A stretch of 29,739 nt of DNA from Bdellovibrionota bacterium (GTDB lineage Bacteria; Bdellovibrionota_C; UBA2361). Shown here piece by piece: positions 1 through 8,936 of the stretch. Location: the NCBI GenBank assembly GCA_044352465.1, contig JBILDU010000031.1, forward strand, positions 1 through 29,739, written 5' to 3'. The translations under genes and the position numbers were made by a program. Position 1 is the stretch's first letter, and each line of letters opens with the position of its first letter. The notes beneath the pieces were generated by a model, which ran no database searches, was not told where the DNA came from, and worked only from the letters and a program-made list of their open reading frames with translations.

Positions 1-917
1 CCGTATGGCGCGGTGAGAGCCCACGATTTGAAACCGCTCGACTCAAACCCATGGTCAGCCGGCTCAAGCACGACAGCAGTTCCAGAGATCCCGAGAATCT
101 TCGGCCAAATTCCGGTGTAGCGCAGTTGGCTTTTGGCATGGTCGCGATTGCCGCGACAGTCTATCCCGGTAAAGGTCTCGAATGCCTGCAACCCGGTCTC
201 GAGCTCTCGCTCTAGATTCGAGGTGTAGACCGGTTCGATCGTACCCTTAAAGCCGCCATCACGAAGCCACCGCTCTATCGCCGGCGCGCCCCTGTAGGAG
301 AGCAGGTCCTTGAGAAGCGGCGCTATCTCCGCGGGAAGGATATCGACGAAGGTGCTCATTCGACGGGCCCAAAGGGAGTCCTCAACGACGTAGACCACTC
401 GCTTCGCTCCGGGGGGTGGGGTCCCGACGGTTTCCCGGATCTGGTCGAAGCGGGGGAACCACGAGCTCATCCACCGCTCGAGCTTGACGATGTCGGAGAG
501 GTCTCGACGATGCCGAATTAAATCGAGTAGGTCTCCAGGCAGGAGAGGACAGAAGGTTCCAAGGACTACCGTGGACTCGATCTTCAGTCCGGATGGTATC
601 GCCGCTCCCAGAATCACATTCCCCCGCCCCTTATCGAACCAGCGTGGCTCAAAGGGGGACTCGGTGGGCTTGGGGAGGGCGGTGGGGAGAGTAATTCGGT
701 TGGGCCGATCGGCGTTGACGGTGTTTACCGCCATGAGCCAGCCATTAATCCGATCAAGCACCGACAAGGTGGGATCATTTGCCTGAGCGAACGGATCCGC
801 AAGCTCTGGGAGCGACGTCGGGAAAACAGCTCGCTCGGGCAGTCTAATCCCAGCCGGGAAAGATGCGGACGGTGCCAGATTCGAAAGGGAGTTGGAACGA
901 GATAGTTCTTGAGTCAT
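1..917 (-). CDS. Hypothetical protein, >305 aa, running off the left edge of the window
   Basis: Manual translation from ATG at 917 (MTQELSRSNSLSNLAPSASF...KRVVYVVEDSLWARR...WALTAPYG) has no stop before position 1. It is missing from the ORF track because its stop lies outside the window. No family recognised. Confidence 0.75.
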   Translation of the reverse strand, partial: MTQELSRSNSLSNLAPSASFPAGIRLPERAVFPTSLPELADPFAQANDPTLSVLDRINGWLMAVNTVNADRPNRITLPTALPKPTESPFEPRWFDKGRGNVILGAAIPSGLKIESTVVLGTFCPLLPGDLLDLIRHRRDLSDIVKLERWMSSWFPRFDQIRETVGTPPPGAKRVVYVVEDSLWARRMSTFVDILPAEIAPLLKDLLSYRGAPAIERWLRDGGFKGTIEPVYTSNLERELETGLQAFETFTGIDCRGNRDHAKSQLRYTGIWPKILGISGTAVVLEPADHGFESSGFKSWALTAPY

Positions 918-1026
918 ACACCTACCCACGAAATATAAAACCGCCTCACAACGTCGCCGCGGCGAGGGCACCGACCCATTGAAGCCACTGCAGCGCCATT
1001 ACGTCTCAACCGACTGCATCTCAATC

Positions 1027-1077
1027 CGCAGCACCTCATGCCACAGCACCTAATTTCACAGCACCTAATTCGACAGC
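1027..1077. repeat. 15-bp imperfect tandem repeat (CACAGCACCTAATTT-like), about 3.4 copies
   Basis: cgcagcacctcatgc / cacagcacctaattt / cacagcacctaattc / gacagc in the 918-1325 intergenic region. Confidence 0.8.
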
Positions 1078-1325
1078 CGCAGGTACCGAAAAGGAGCTAC
1101 CGCTCGATTTTACGGCGGAGCGCTACCGCACAGCCCTCAGACGCGTTTGCTTTCGGAAGACTGGTATTCAATCGGAATAAGCCGGCCGCGCCTTGCGGAG
1201 CTTTCGTGGATGACTTACGACTTGCCAGGGGATAGGAAGACTTTCGTACTACCCGCGCCGATACGAGTCAAGAGGAGAGAGCTGATTCGTGACCCCAAAG
1301 GTGCCTCGAAAAACACCAGCCACGA

Positions 1326-1886
1326 TTATTCCCAGTCGTCGTCCCGGAGATCGAGGAAAAATATCCCGGCAACAAAGTCGGCGACCTCTTCAACACAGAT
1401 CCCCCCGTAACCTCCAATAAGAAAGATATCGAGCCCTAGGCCGAGTTCGCCGGTGCACACCTTTCGGTCAGCCGAATTCACGTAGAGCGGGCCGACACCG
1501 AATTCATTCGAGCTTTCCACCAGTACCGGGACCTCACGACCGAAAAGGCCACCCCGCACAGAGACGGGCATCATCATTCGGTAACCGACCTGCCCGTACT
1601 TCGTGACCCGCACCACTCCACCAACCGCGGGCCCAACTCCCAGATCGACTCTGAAGATGTCGATGAGGTCAGCAACACGGTTCGGGATCCACAGGAGTGC
1701 CTGCTCCCACCATGGAGATGATGCCACCGGCAACTCATCGCCCGGTTTAAAATCGGGCCACGGTTCGTTGGGGCTTGTCGCGATAGATGGAGCGGGGGGG
1801 CGCCCCTCTTTCGGTGAGACTTCACCGTACACGCAGAGGGGGGCAACCAATAGAAACAAGACGAGGCAGAGTGCTCGAGTTCGCAT
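1326..1886 (-). CDS. Hypothetical exported or membrane-associated protein
   Basis: Start moved to ATG 1886 because MRTRALCLVLFLLVAPLCVYG reads as a signal peptide. A Pro-rich linker and a Gly-rich hydrophobic domain follow. Confidence 0.75.
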   Translation of the reverse strand: MRTRALCLVLFLLVAPLCVYGEVSPKEGRPPAPSIATSPNEPWPDFKPGDELPVASSPWWEQALLWIPNRVADLIDIFRVDLGVGPAVGGVVRVTKYGQVGYRMMMPVSVRGGLFGREVPVLVESSNEFGVGPLYVNSADRKVCTGELGLGLDIFLIGGYGGICVEEVADFVAGIFFLDLRDDDWE

Positions 1887-2044
1887 ACGCCCGATCGTGC
1901 CACGTTCGATCCTCCCGAGCAATTTAGATATTCAGAGGACGGTTACTCTGCGGCGATATTCCGGCGCGCTCTTGTTCAGAGGACTCTACGGTGCAGCGGA
2001 GGATGGGTGGAGTAATGAAGCGACCAATTTCGGGGCCAGTCGTA

Positions 2045-2482
2045 TCACAGGAATACCCGGGTAATCGCGGTGTTCTGTTCGTTGAGTTTAAAACCGGAGA
2101 CAAACGGAAGCGTAGGAAGGTGGCGGTGCACCGCGGCTTGAAGCCGTCCCGTGCCGTAGCCGTGCAAGATCTCGACTTCGGCCATTCCCGCGATGAGCGC
2201 CTCGTTCAGATATTCATCGAGCTTACGGATCCCTTCCTCCACGGTGTATCCGTGGAGGTCGAGTCGGGGAGCGAGTTTGCGATTCCGCTCCGGAATGTCG
2301 ATCATTCTTTTCGGTACGCTGGGGGCCTTGGGCGCTTCGCTCGGGAGCAGCTCGCTCTCCCTCAAGTGGAGACGGAGATCTCCCAAAACCACGGTATACT
2401 GTCCTGATCGAGCGATAGCCACGATCTGCCCAATTTTTTTGAGCTTCTTTATCAAGACAAACTGGTCAAGCGCGAAAGCCAT
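2045..2482 (-). CDS. Smr/MutS2 C-terminal domain protein (KOW-like segment + Smr), stand-alone
   Basis: LDLHGYTVEEG...LDEYLNEALIAG...ILHGYGTGRL is the MutS2-type Smr signature. The N-terminal beta-rich segment resembles the MutS2 KOW domain. Confidence 0.9.
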   Translation of the reverse strand: MAFALDQFVLIKKLKKIGQIVAIARSGQYTVVLGDLRLHLRESELLPSEAPKAPSVPKRMIDIPERNRKLAPRLDLHGYTVEEGIRKLDEYLNEALIAGMAEVEILHGYGTGRLQAAVHRHLPTLPFVSGFKLNEQNTAITRVFL

Positions 2483-2488
2483 AAAGAA

Positions 2489-2938
2489 TCACACCGACTC
2501 GTTGAGACGCACGCGCTCGCCGTTGATCTCAAGTTCGCTCTCGGTGCGCGCGTAACGTAGCAGGTGTTGATGCGCGGGGCGAGAGAGTCGTGCCCGATGT
2601 CCCCCCTTAACCGCGCAGTAGATCTGGTGCTCCTTGCCCACCGCAAGACTTGCCGGAACGAGTAGCTCAGTCGAGCCATCGAATAAAACGACCTGCCAAC
2701 CGGCCGCGTTCTCGATGATTTCGCCCACGAAGTAAGCGGTGTCGGCGCAGGTGAAATCGGCGACTGCTGCCCCAATCCGGAGAACAAACCGAGCGGTGGA
2801 CTCATCCCAGACGATCGAGCGATGAAACAGTTTGCTCAGCTCCACGTGAGTAAAAGGCTGCCCCTCATGCCACCATTCCCCGGTCGCGGAGAGATGCAGG
2901 GTGCCCTCGAGAGAGATGGTGTTGTGGGGCAGGCGCAT
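2489..2938 (-). CDS. DUF1285-like protein
   Basis: GEWWHEGQPFTH..L.KLF..SI, DTAYFV and YCAVKGG.RARLSRPA match the DUF1285 pattern. Lies 6 nt from the Smr gene. Confidence 0.7.
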   Translation of the reverse strand: MRLPHNTISLEGTLHLSATGEWWHEGQPFTHVELSKLFHRSIVWDESTARFVLRIGAAVADFTCADTAYFVGEIIENAAGWQVVLFDGSTELLVPASLAVGKEHQIYCAVKGGHRARLSRPAHQHLLRYARTESELEINGERVRLNESV

Positions 2939-3000
2939 CAGCTTACCGTCGAAAATAGTTTCTGAGTCTCTCTAAGATTGAGGCAGTGGAGCAACACGGG

Positions 3001-4260
3001 CTACCCGGCGATCTTGACGAGGTGGTAGTTCTTCTTTCCGGTTCGCATCAAAAAGAGCCCCGTATCTGCCTTGAGAGCCGAGGAGATTATCAGCGCTGGG
3101 TCGCTTACCCGCTCGTTGTTGAGATACACTCCGCCGCTCGTAATGAGCCGCCGGGCTTCGCCCTTTGAGGCCAGCGTCTTTGAATTAACGAGGGCGTCGA
3201 CGATAGTCAACCCACCGAGTTCGCCCCGGTTAAGGGTGGATGACGGTACGTCAGCGAAGATCTCCTCGAGCTGAGACTCGGAAAGCCCATCGAAGGAGCC
3301 CCCGAAGAGAACCTGCGCGCTTCTCTTTGCATCTTCGGTCGCAGCGCTCCCGTGAATCAAGGTGGTCACAGCGTCGGCGAGTGCTTTTTGCCCCGCCCGC
3401 TCAGCCGGGGCAGCGAGCATCTTCGCTTCGAGCGCGGCGATCTCCTCCAGCGAGAGTAGGGTAAAGATCTTCAGATATCGCACCACATCCGCGTCCGGCA
3501 CATTGAGCCAGAACTGGTGAAACTTGAATGGGCTCGTGAGCTCTGGGTCAAGCCACACGGCTCCCCCCTCAGACTTGCCGAATTTCCGGCCCTGGCTATC
3601 GAGAATGAGGGGCGCGGAGAGAGCGAATGCCTCGCCTTGTACTTTGCGGCGGATAAGCTCGAGCCCCGCAGTGATGTTGCCCCATTGGTCCGAACCTCCG
3701 AACTGGAGTTTGCAATTCCTGGTCGTGTAGAGGTGCAGAAAATCGAAAGACTGCAGGAGCATGTAGCTAAATTCGGTGAATGAGATCCCGTCGCCTTCGA
3801 GCCGCGCTTTCACTGAATCTTTCGCCAACATGTAGTTCACGGTGAAGTGCTTCCCGATGTCGCGCAGGAAGTCGAGGAGGGTTACCTCGCGGGTCCACGA
3901 ATAGTTGTCGACGAAATCCGCGGTCACTCCGGAGCGGTGCATGATCGCTCCTACCTGGGCCGAGATCGCCGCCACGTTCGCGTCGACGACTGCGCGCTCA
4001 AGAAGTTGCCGTTCCGCACGTTTGCCCGATGGATCACCGATGGCACCGGTAGCACCACCAAAGAGGAGCACCGGCTTAAGCCCCGCCCGCCCGAGGTGAA
4101 TCGCCACGAGGATCGAGACGAGGTTGCCGATGTGGAGGCTCTTTGCCGTGGGGTCAAAGCCAACGTAGCAGCCGTCCCCGGCAACTAAATTCTCGACACC
4201 CGCTTCATCGGAGATATCTTGAATGAGGCCGCGCCAGCGCAGCTCTTGAAGGGAAATCAT
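3001..4260 (-). CDS. tyrS: Tyrosine--tRNA ligase
   Basis: YVGFDPTAKSLHIGN (HIGH), QFGGSDQWGNI, KFGKS (KMSKS) and a C-terminal S4-like domain. Confidence 0.98.
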   Translation of the reverse strand: MISLQELRWRGLIQDISDEAGVENLVAGDGCYVGFDPTAKSLHIGNLVSILVAIHLGRAGLKPVLLFGGATGAIGDPSGKRAERQLLERAVVDANVAAISAQVGAIMHRSGVTADFVDNYSWTREVTLLDFLRDIGKHFTVNYMLAKDSVKARLEGDGISFTEFSYMLLQSFDFLHLYTTRNCKLQFGGSDQWGNITAGLELIRRKVQGEAFALSAPLILDSQGRKFGKSEGGAVWLDPELTSPFKFHQFWLNVPDADVVRYLKIFTLLSLEEIAALEAKMLAAPAERAGQKALADAVTTLIHGSAATEDAKRSAQVLFGGSFDGLSESQLEEIFADVPSSTLNRGELGGLTIVDALVNSKTLASKGEARRLITSGGVYLNNERVSDPALIISSALKADTGLFLMRTGKKNYHLVKIAG

Positions 4261-4443
4261 ACCTTAAAGCCTTAACAGGGGGGGTTAGACTCGATATCCT
4301 ACCACAGGTTTGCCAACTGTATAGATTTGCAATGAAAGTTCCGTAAAGGGGTGTCTGGTCGAGGGAGTTCTCGCCCTGCGCCGAGCCCCTGGGGGCGGGT
4401 GGGCCGGTTCGTGGGGGGCTCCGCGAGCTGCGCGGGCAAACGC

Positions 4444-4472
4444 TTGAAGGGGCTGGTGTTTTAGGGCATAGT
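4444..4472 (+). promoter_or_regulatory. Putative sigma70 promoter for rpmG
   Basis: TTGAAG-N17-CATAGT, ending 32 nt upstream of the rpmG ATG. Confidence 0.45.
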
Positions 4473-4504
4473 ACCGATTCTTAGTCGTAATTTAAGGCGA
4501 TTGT

Positions 4505-4750
4505 ATGGCCAGAGTTCAAAAAGAAACCCAGTTTCTCGTTTCCTCCGCCGGTACCGGATATGTTTACGCGCACCGGAAGAACAAGAAGAAGTTCAAGGGA
4601 GAGAAGAAGCTTGCCCTCGTGAAGTTCGACCCTGTCGCGCGCAAGCACGTCAAATTCGAAGAGTCCTCGAAGCAGAAGGCGTTGAAGCGTAGCAAGGCGA
4701 AGCCTGCGGCGAAGGCCGAAGGTGCTGCTGAAGCTCCTAAAGCTGAGTAG
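4505..4750 (+). CDS. rpmG: 50S ribosomal protein L33, cysteine-free type, with Lys/Ala-rich C-terminal tail
   Basis: LVSSAGTGYVY..RKNKK...KL.L.KFDPVARKHV.FEE. No CxxC motifs. Confidence 0.93.
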   Translation: MARVQKETQFLVSSAGTGYVYAHRKNKKKFKGEKKLALVKFDPVARKHVKFEESSKQKALKRSKAKPAAKAEGAAEAPKAE

Positions 4751-4764
4751 TTGGGGTTCGGGGT

Positions 4765-6915
4765 ATGGGCAACCCAGCCGCCGAACAAATGACCGCACCT
4801 TCATCGAACGGCTCTTCGGGCTCCGGGGAGCTGCTCGACTCATCCGTCATGTCATCTCGTTCGCTGGTATCGCCCGGAGTTGGGTACTCGTCCGTCGGTT
4901 CCTCTGGTGGGACATCTGCGCATCGGTTGGCCCCGTCGGCAGCGCTTGGGCTCCCGAGTAAATACCGGGTAGAGACGGTCGTGTGGCTGAGCTTTTTTGC
5001 TCTGGCGAACGTCCTCTGTTTCCACTTTTTTGCCTACCACATCCCTCCGATCGCACGGAATTTCTCGGCAAATCCCGGCGCAATCGCGATGGTCGAAGGC
5101 GGCCTGCAAGGCCTCTTCGCGCTTGTCTTGGTGGCCGCCTGGGCATGGTTTGACCTTCCGGCTGGTTGGCGGTACCTCCGGAGTGGATCGCTCACCCTTC
5201 CGATACTCCGATTTCTTGCGATTTTGGCTGCGGCCTTGGGAGGCTTTTCGTCGGCTTGGGCTGCTCTCGGTGGTCAGAGCCCTGGACTTGTTTCGATCGG
5301 CCTCTTCCCCCTCGCCAGCCTCGTCTTGGCGGGGCATGCCCTCCTCTGTAGTTGGGTATCGCTGACCGTCGCCCGTCGCACCGGGGTGAGGTATGAGGAT
5401 CGCATCGGTCTTATCAATGTTGTGCCGCACGGTGGGTCGATCGGACTGACCGAGGTGCACGACAAAATGGTGCGCCTGGCGGAGCTTCAGAGCGGAGATC
5501 TGGTGCGCCTGAAGCCCGGTTTCACGGTGCCGTGTGATGCGATAGTGGAGCAGGGGATCGCCGAGGTTGAGGAGGTCAAGCTCTCTGGGTTCGCCACGCT
5601 CCGATTTAAGGGTGAGGGTCAGCGTGTCTATGCGGGCTCGGTAGTTCGCTCGGGCGAGCTCCTCGTGCGAGTTGAGAGCACTTTTGGCGACGCGGTGTTG
5701 TCGAATTTTACCGAGGTTTTGGATGGGGTGATTCGGCGGAATCTGGTTCCTGAGCGCTGGGAGACCCCGCTCCACGCCCTCGTGCTTTTCCTCGGGGCCT
5801 CGGCGGGTATCTACTTCTTCCGTGCCGGCGCCTCCGGGGCTCTGGTCGGCGGCACCGTCGCGGGGGTCCTGGCTACCTCGCTATGGCTCGATCTTCTCGC
5901 TTACCTGCCCCTGCTTCGCGGGGTGGCGATTACTTGGGGTTTTGAGCGGGGCATCTTGTCTGGAGAGCCCCACCAGCTTGAAACTCTTGGGCAGGTGCGG
6001 AATCTCGTTGTCGACCATGCGCCCGGCCATCGGGCTGACGCCTTGCGGGTGGCAGATTTCACGATCGTCGATGAGCGCCTCGATTCGGTGCAATTAACGT
6101 GCGCTTTGCTCTCGATTCTTGGTCGTTCCAACGACGGATTCGGTGGGGCTGCGGCGGAGTTCCTGCGGGGACGGGTGACCGAACCGGTTCTCTACGAGGT
6201 GCGAGATTTCTTCGATTATCCGGGGAAGGGGATCTCTGCGGTCGTCGCTGGTGCTGAATTTAGCATCGGAGATGAACTGTTCCTGCTCGAGCGTGGCGTG
6301 CAGATTCAAGTTTCTGAGGTAGAGGAGGGGATCGACGGTGAGCTTGTGTACGTCGCACTCGGCGAGGAGATCGCCGCCCGATTCACCGTTCATAGAGCCG
6401 CGCGTCTTGAATCCCCGCAAGCGATGGACAAGCTCCACCGCCTTGGTGTGCGCCCCCTTTTAATGAGCCAAGCTCCGTGCGAGGTCGCTGACCTTGCAGG
6501 GAAGGAGTTGAGCTTGGAGTTAGGCCAAATCACTGGGGGACTCTCTCTCGACCAATACGTCGATCGCTTACGGAACGTTTCCCCCGCTGCCCTTGCGTGC
6601 ACACCGGAGACCCCGAGCGAGGTGAGCCGTGCTGCGACTGTGCGGCTCATGGGCTTCGATGAAGTCCGCTTTAATCTCGATCCGAAGGCGATCACTGTTT
6701 TTCGCCCAGGGCTGACGCCTCTTGTAGAAGCCTATGAGCTCGGGCAACGGCTTGTGCGGACCTTAAGGGTGGGACGTGGTGGTGGCGTGTGTTTCGCGCT
6801 CGCAACGGCAGCCTTTGGAGTGATAACCGGGAACCCCTTGCTAGGTTTCTCTCTCGCTCTCTTGGCCCCGCTCTATCTCGTTGGAGCCGCTGCGTTCATT
6901 CGGCGGCCACTGTAA
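4765..6915 (+). CDS. P1B-type (heavy-metal) ATPase-like membrane protein lacking catalytic motifs
   Basis: A-domain (GDLVRLKPGFTVPCDAIVEQG...VYAGSVVRSG), GIL...LETLGQV and N-domain PGKGISA are recognisable, with TM segments in P1B order. TGE, CPC, DKTGT, HP, TGD and GDGxND are all substituted. Confidence 0.85.
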   Translation: MGNPAAEQMTAPSSNGSSGSGELLDSSVMSSRSLVSPGVGYSSVGSSGGTSAHRLAPSAALGLPSKYRVETVVWLSFFALANVLCFHFFAYHIPPIARNFSANPGAIAMVEGGLQGLFALVLVAAWAWFDLPAGWRYLRSGSLTLPILRFLAILAAALGGFSSAWAALGGQSPGLVSIGLFPLASLVLAGHALLCSWVSLTVARRTGVRYEDRIGLINVVPHGGSIGLTEVHDKMVRLAELQSGDLVRLKPGFTVPCDAIVEQGIAEVEEVKLSGFATLRFKGEGQRVYAGSVVRSGELLVRVESTFGDAVLSNFTEVLDGVIRRNLVPERWETPLHALVLFLGASAGIYFFRAGASGALVGGTVAGVLATSLWLDLLAYLPLLRGVAITWGFERGILSGEPHQLETLGQVRNLVVDHAPGHRADALRVADFTIVDERLDSVQLTCALLSILGRSNDGFGGAAAEFLRGRVTEPVLYEVRDFFDYPGKGISAVVAGAEFSIGDELFLLERGVQIQVSEVEEGIDGELVYVALGEEIAARFTVHRAARLESPQAMDKLHRLGVRPLLMSQAPCEVADLAGKELSLELGQITGGLSLDQYVDRLRNVSPAALACTPETPSEVSRAATVRLMGFDEVRFNLDPKAITVFRPGLTPLVEAYELGQRLVRTLRVGRGGGVCFALATAAFGVITGNPLLGFSLALLAPLYLVGAAAFIRRPL

Positions 6916-7186
6916 TCCGCCACGTCGGCTTGCCGCGTGTCCTCTTTCCGGGTGGTCATACCAAGAGGCTCATTTTGGCGAGGCGCGGCCGACACTGTGT
7001 CGGTGGAGCTCGATCTTACCTGGAGTAGGCGAACGGCCGTTCGGTGTCTTTGCTCCCGATTTATTACGGCATCTTTTTGGGCCAGGGCTCATTTTTGCCA
7101 AATTTTTGACACCTTTTTGTCTGCTCCCCGCGTCTTATCCATAGAGGGCGGCAGTAAGTGCCCGAGAAGTCGAAGGGAGACGTCAA

Positions 7187-7552
7187 ATGGGATTCAATCA
7201 GAGCATCGGAGCGGGGGCGCTCGATCTTGGTTTGGGAACGACCGTGTTAGTTGAAGATATGGTCGACGCGGGCAGGGGGTATGCCCACGGCCCGGAGCGG
7301 GCTCTCATGTCGGCGCTTTTATTTGATGGTGTCCAGGCATACATGAGCTACGTATGTGCGGCGGATGAGGAGGTGAAAGCGAGATACCGCGAGGCGTACA
7401 CCTGGGTAACCGCAAAAGAGAGAGAGTATGTTTTCTCGTTTGAGAACGTGTGCGAAGGGTTGGGGCTCGACCCAGAATACCTTCGCCTTGGACTCATTAA
7501 TGCGTGTCACTCTCGTATCGATGGATGGAAGAGGTCGCGCAGGAATTTTTAA
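7187..7552 (+). CDS. Conserved small hypothetical protein (PExxL...W...FxFxxxCExLxLD pattern), paralog A
   Basis: Good RBS (GAAGGGAGA), a downstream terminator, and clear similarity to ORF 8937-9224. Confidence 0.85.
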   Translation: MGFNQSIGAGALDLGLGTTVLVEDMVDAGRGYAHGPERALMSALLFDGVQAYMSYVCAADEEVKARYREAYTWVTAKEREYVFSFENVCEGLGLDPEYLRLGLINACHSRIDGWKRSRRNF

Positions 7553-7587
7553 TCGATCACTCCTACTAGCAACGTAACAGAGCCACG

Positions 7588-7622
7588 GGCCGGTGGGGCG
7601 CAACACCCACCGGCCTTTTTTT
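7588..7622 (+). terminator. Intrinsic terminator
   Basis: GGCCGGTGGG-GCGCAACA-CCCACCGGCC perfect 10-bp stem followed by T7. Confidence 0.9.
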
Positions 7623-7738
7623 GTCATTGCATATCCCGTTGGGCTCCTCGGCCCGTTTGGTTTAATCGGAGACCGGATAGTCGACTGATGCGGAAGCTCC
7701 GTCAGTGGGTCTCTTTCATAGGATCGGGCGGGTCGAGC

Positions 7739-7927
7739 CTACTCTTGCTGATCGGTTGTGGGGGTGCCCACGGATTCTTGTGGATCTAATTCAACCGCTG
7801 GAATCGAGTAGCGCTCGCTCGCCCATGCGCCGAGGTCGAGCAGTTTGCACCGTTCCGAGCAGAAGGGGAAATGGGATCCGCGGCCTTGGAACTCGCTCTG
7901 GCATTGGGGACAACGGGCATCCGACAT
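7739..7927 (-). CDS. yacG: DNA gyrase inhibitor YacG
   Basis: CPQC...FPFCSERCKLLDLGAWASERYSIP is the YacG zinc-finger signature. Confidence 0.95.
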   Translation of the reverse strand: MSDARCPQCQSEFQGRGSHFPFCSERCKLLDLGAWASERYSIPAVELDPQESVGTPTTDQQE

Positions 7928-7968
7928 CGGGCTACGACTCCGCTCGCACGGGGTATGTGACGATAAAA

Positions 7969-8238
7969 TTACTGCTGAGAGAGCTTCTTAATCTTTATTC
8001 GATCGACCCGGATAGCATCTTGGGCGAGGAGCTGCAAATGCTGCAGCACGGAATCTCGACTTAAGTAATCGGAGTCCTCGGGGCTACCCGGCTCGATGTA
8101 GAGAATGTCATCCTCGAAGTGATACGCGGCTATCCGTTGGAGGTAGTTGAGGAGTCCAAGTTGGAGCTTCTCGTCCAGAGCATCGAGGAACTTCTGCCAC
8201 AACTCGGGGTTATTTCCTTTGCTCTGCGGTGAATTCAT
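7969..8238 (-). CDS. Small protein resembling a stand-alone DnaA N-terminal (domain I, KH-like) fold
   Basis: ELWQKFLDALDEKL...LNYLQRI..YHFEDDILYIEPGS..DSDYLSRD...L..LAQD follows the helix-helix-strand-strand-helix pattern of DnaA_N. The ORF itself is well supported; the family call is tentative. Confidence 0.6.
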   Translation of the reverse strand: MNSPQSKGNNPELWQKFLDALDEKLQLGLLNYLQRIAAYHFEDDILYIEPGSPEDSDYLSRDSVLQHLQLLAQDAIRVDRIKIKKLSQQ

Positions 8239-8885
8239 ATATCCCTAGTATACCAGCGCTCGAAAAGACGGGGAAGGTTAAATCAGCTAAGTCGAATCGC
8301 CACAGCCCCTTAAGCGTTGCGTGCGGTATGACTTGTGCTCCCTGTCAGTGCTCGTTGTTTCGAGAGGCCCTCCCGGGTGGAGTGCAATTCGTGCAAGATA
8401 CATAGACCCGTTCCGCGTAGATTTAGTATGAGCCGGGTGGGGAAGGAGTCGCGCGCTTGCGATCGATTCGCGTTTGAGGCTGGGGGAGGATGGCCTTGTT
8501 TGCTCAGGTGCGGGAGTCCTGCCGCTGTGAGCGATTAGCTGGGCGCGTCACCCGATGCCTTCTGTCGTGCCGCACGGTCGGCGCCTGATTCCGGCGTCAA
8601 CGTTCGCGCTGGATTCCTCGCTAGTACTCCGAGCAGAAATTGTTTTATATGAGAGCTGGTGCGGGGGCGGAGTCTTAGCTTTTTTGTCTGGTCCGCCGGC
8701 GGGCTTCGTTCGACTGACTTCGACGAGTTCACGCCGAAGTCTCCCGCCCGCCAAACCCCTGGCAGGTGAAAAAAAGAACTATCGGACCTGCCACCAGGCG
8801 TGTGCTTTGAGGTGTGTCTTCCGACTCGTAGACGTCGGTGTGAGTATCTCTGGCGGCGTTTCGGCGCACGGCCCAGAGCGGGGGT

Positions 8886-8915
8886 AAAAAAAAGCCCCGC
8901 ATCGGCGGAGCTTTT
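8886..8915 (-). terminator. Intrinsic terminator of paralog B
   Basis: Minus strand reads AAAAGCTCCGC-CGAT-GCGGGGC-TTTTTTTT, 21 nt after the stop codon. Confidence 0.88.
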
Positions 8916-8936
8916 CTCGAGTCACAGAGGTAGTAA

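Noticed and set aside
1038..1235. 65-aa ORF with QHLI repeats
   Set aside because: The peptide repeat simply reflects the 15-bp DNA repeat; there is no RBS or other coding support.
4261..4504. T-box leader for tyrS
   Set aside because: No T-box consensus or terminator/antiterminator is visible; the region is a short divergent promoter interval shared with rpmG.
4852..5775. 307-aa minus-strand ORF and similar overlapping ORFs across the window
   Set aside because: They lie opposite or within well-supported genes and have the Arg/Ser/Pro-rich composition typical of GC-rich off-frames.
4765..6915. Calling the ATPase-like gene copA/zntA or a pseudogene
   Set aside because: Catalytic and metal motifs are absent, so a functional symbol is unjustified, yet the frame is intact with no stops or shifts.
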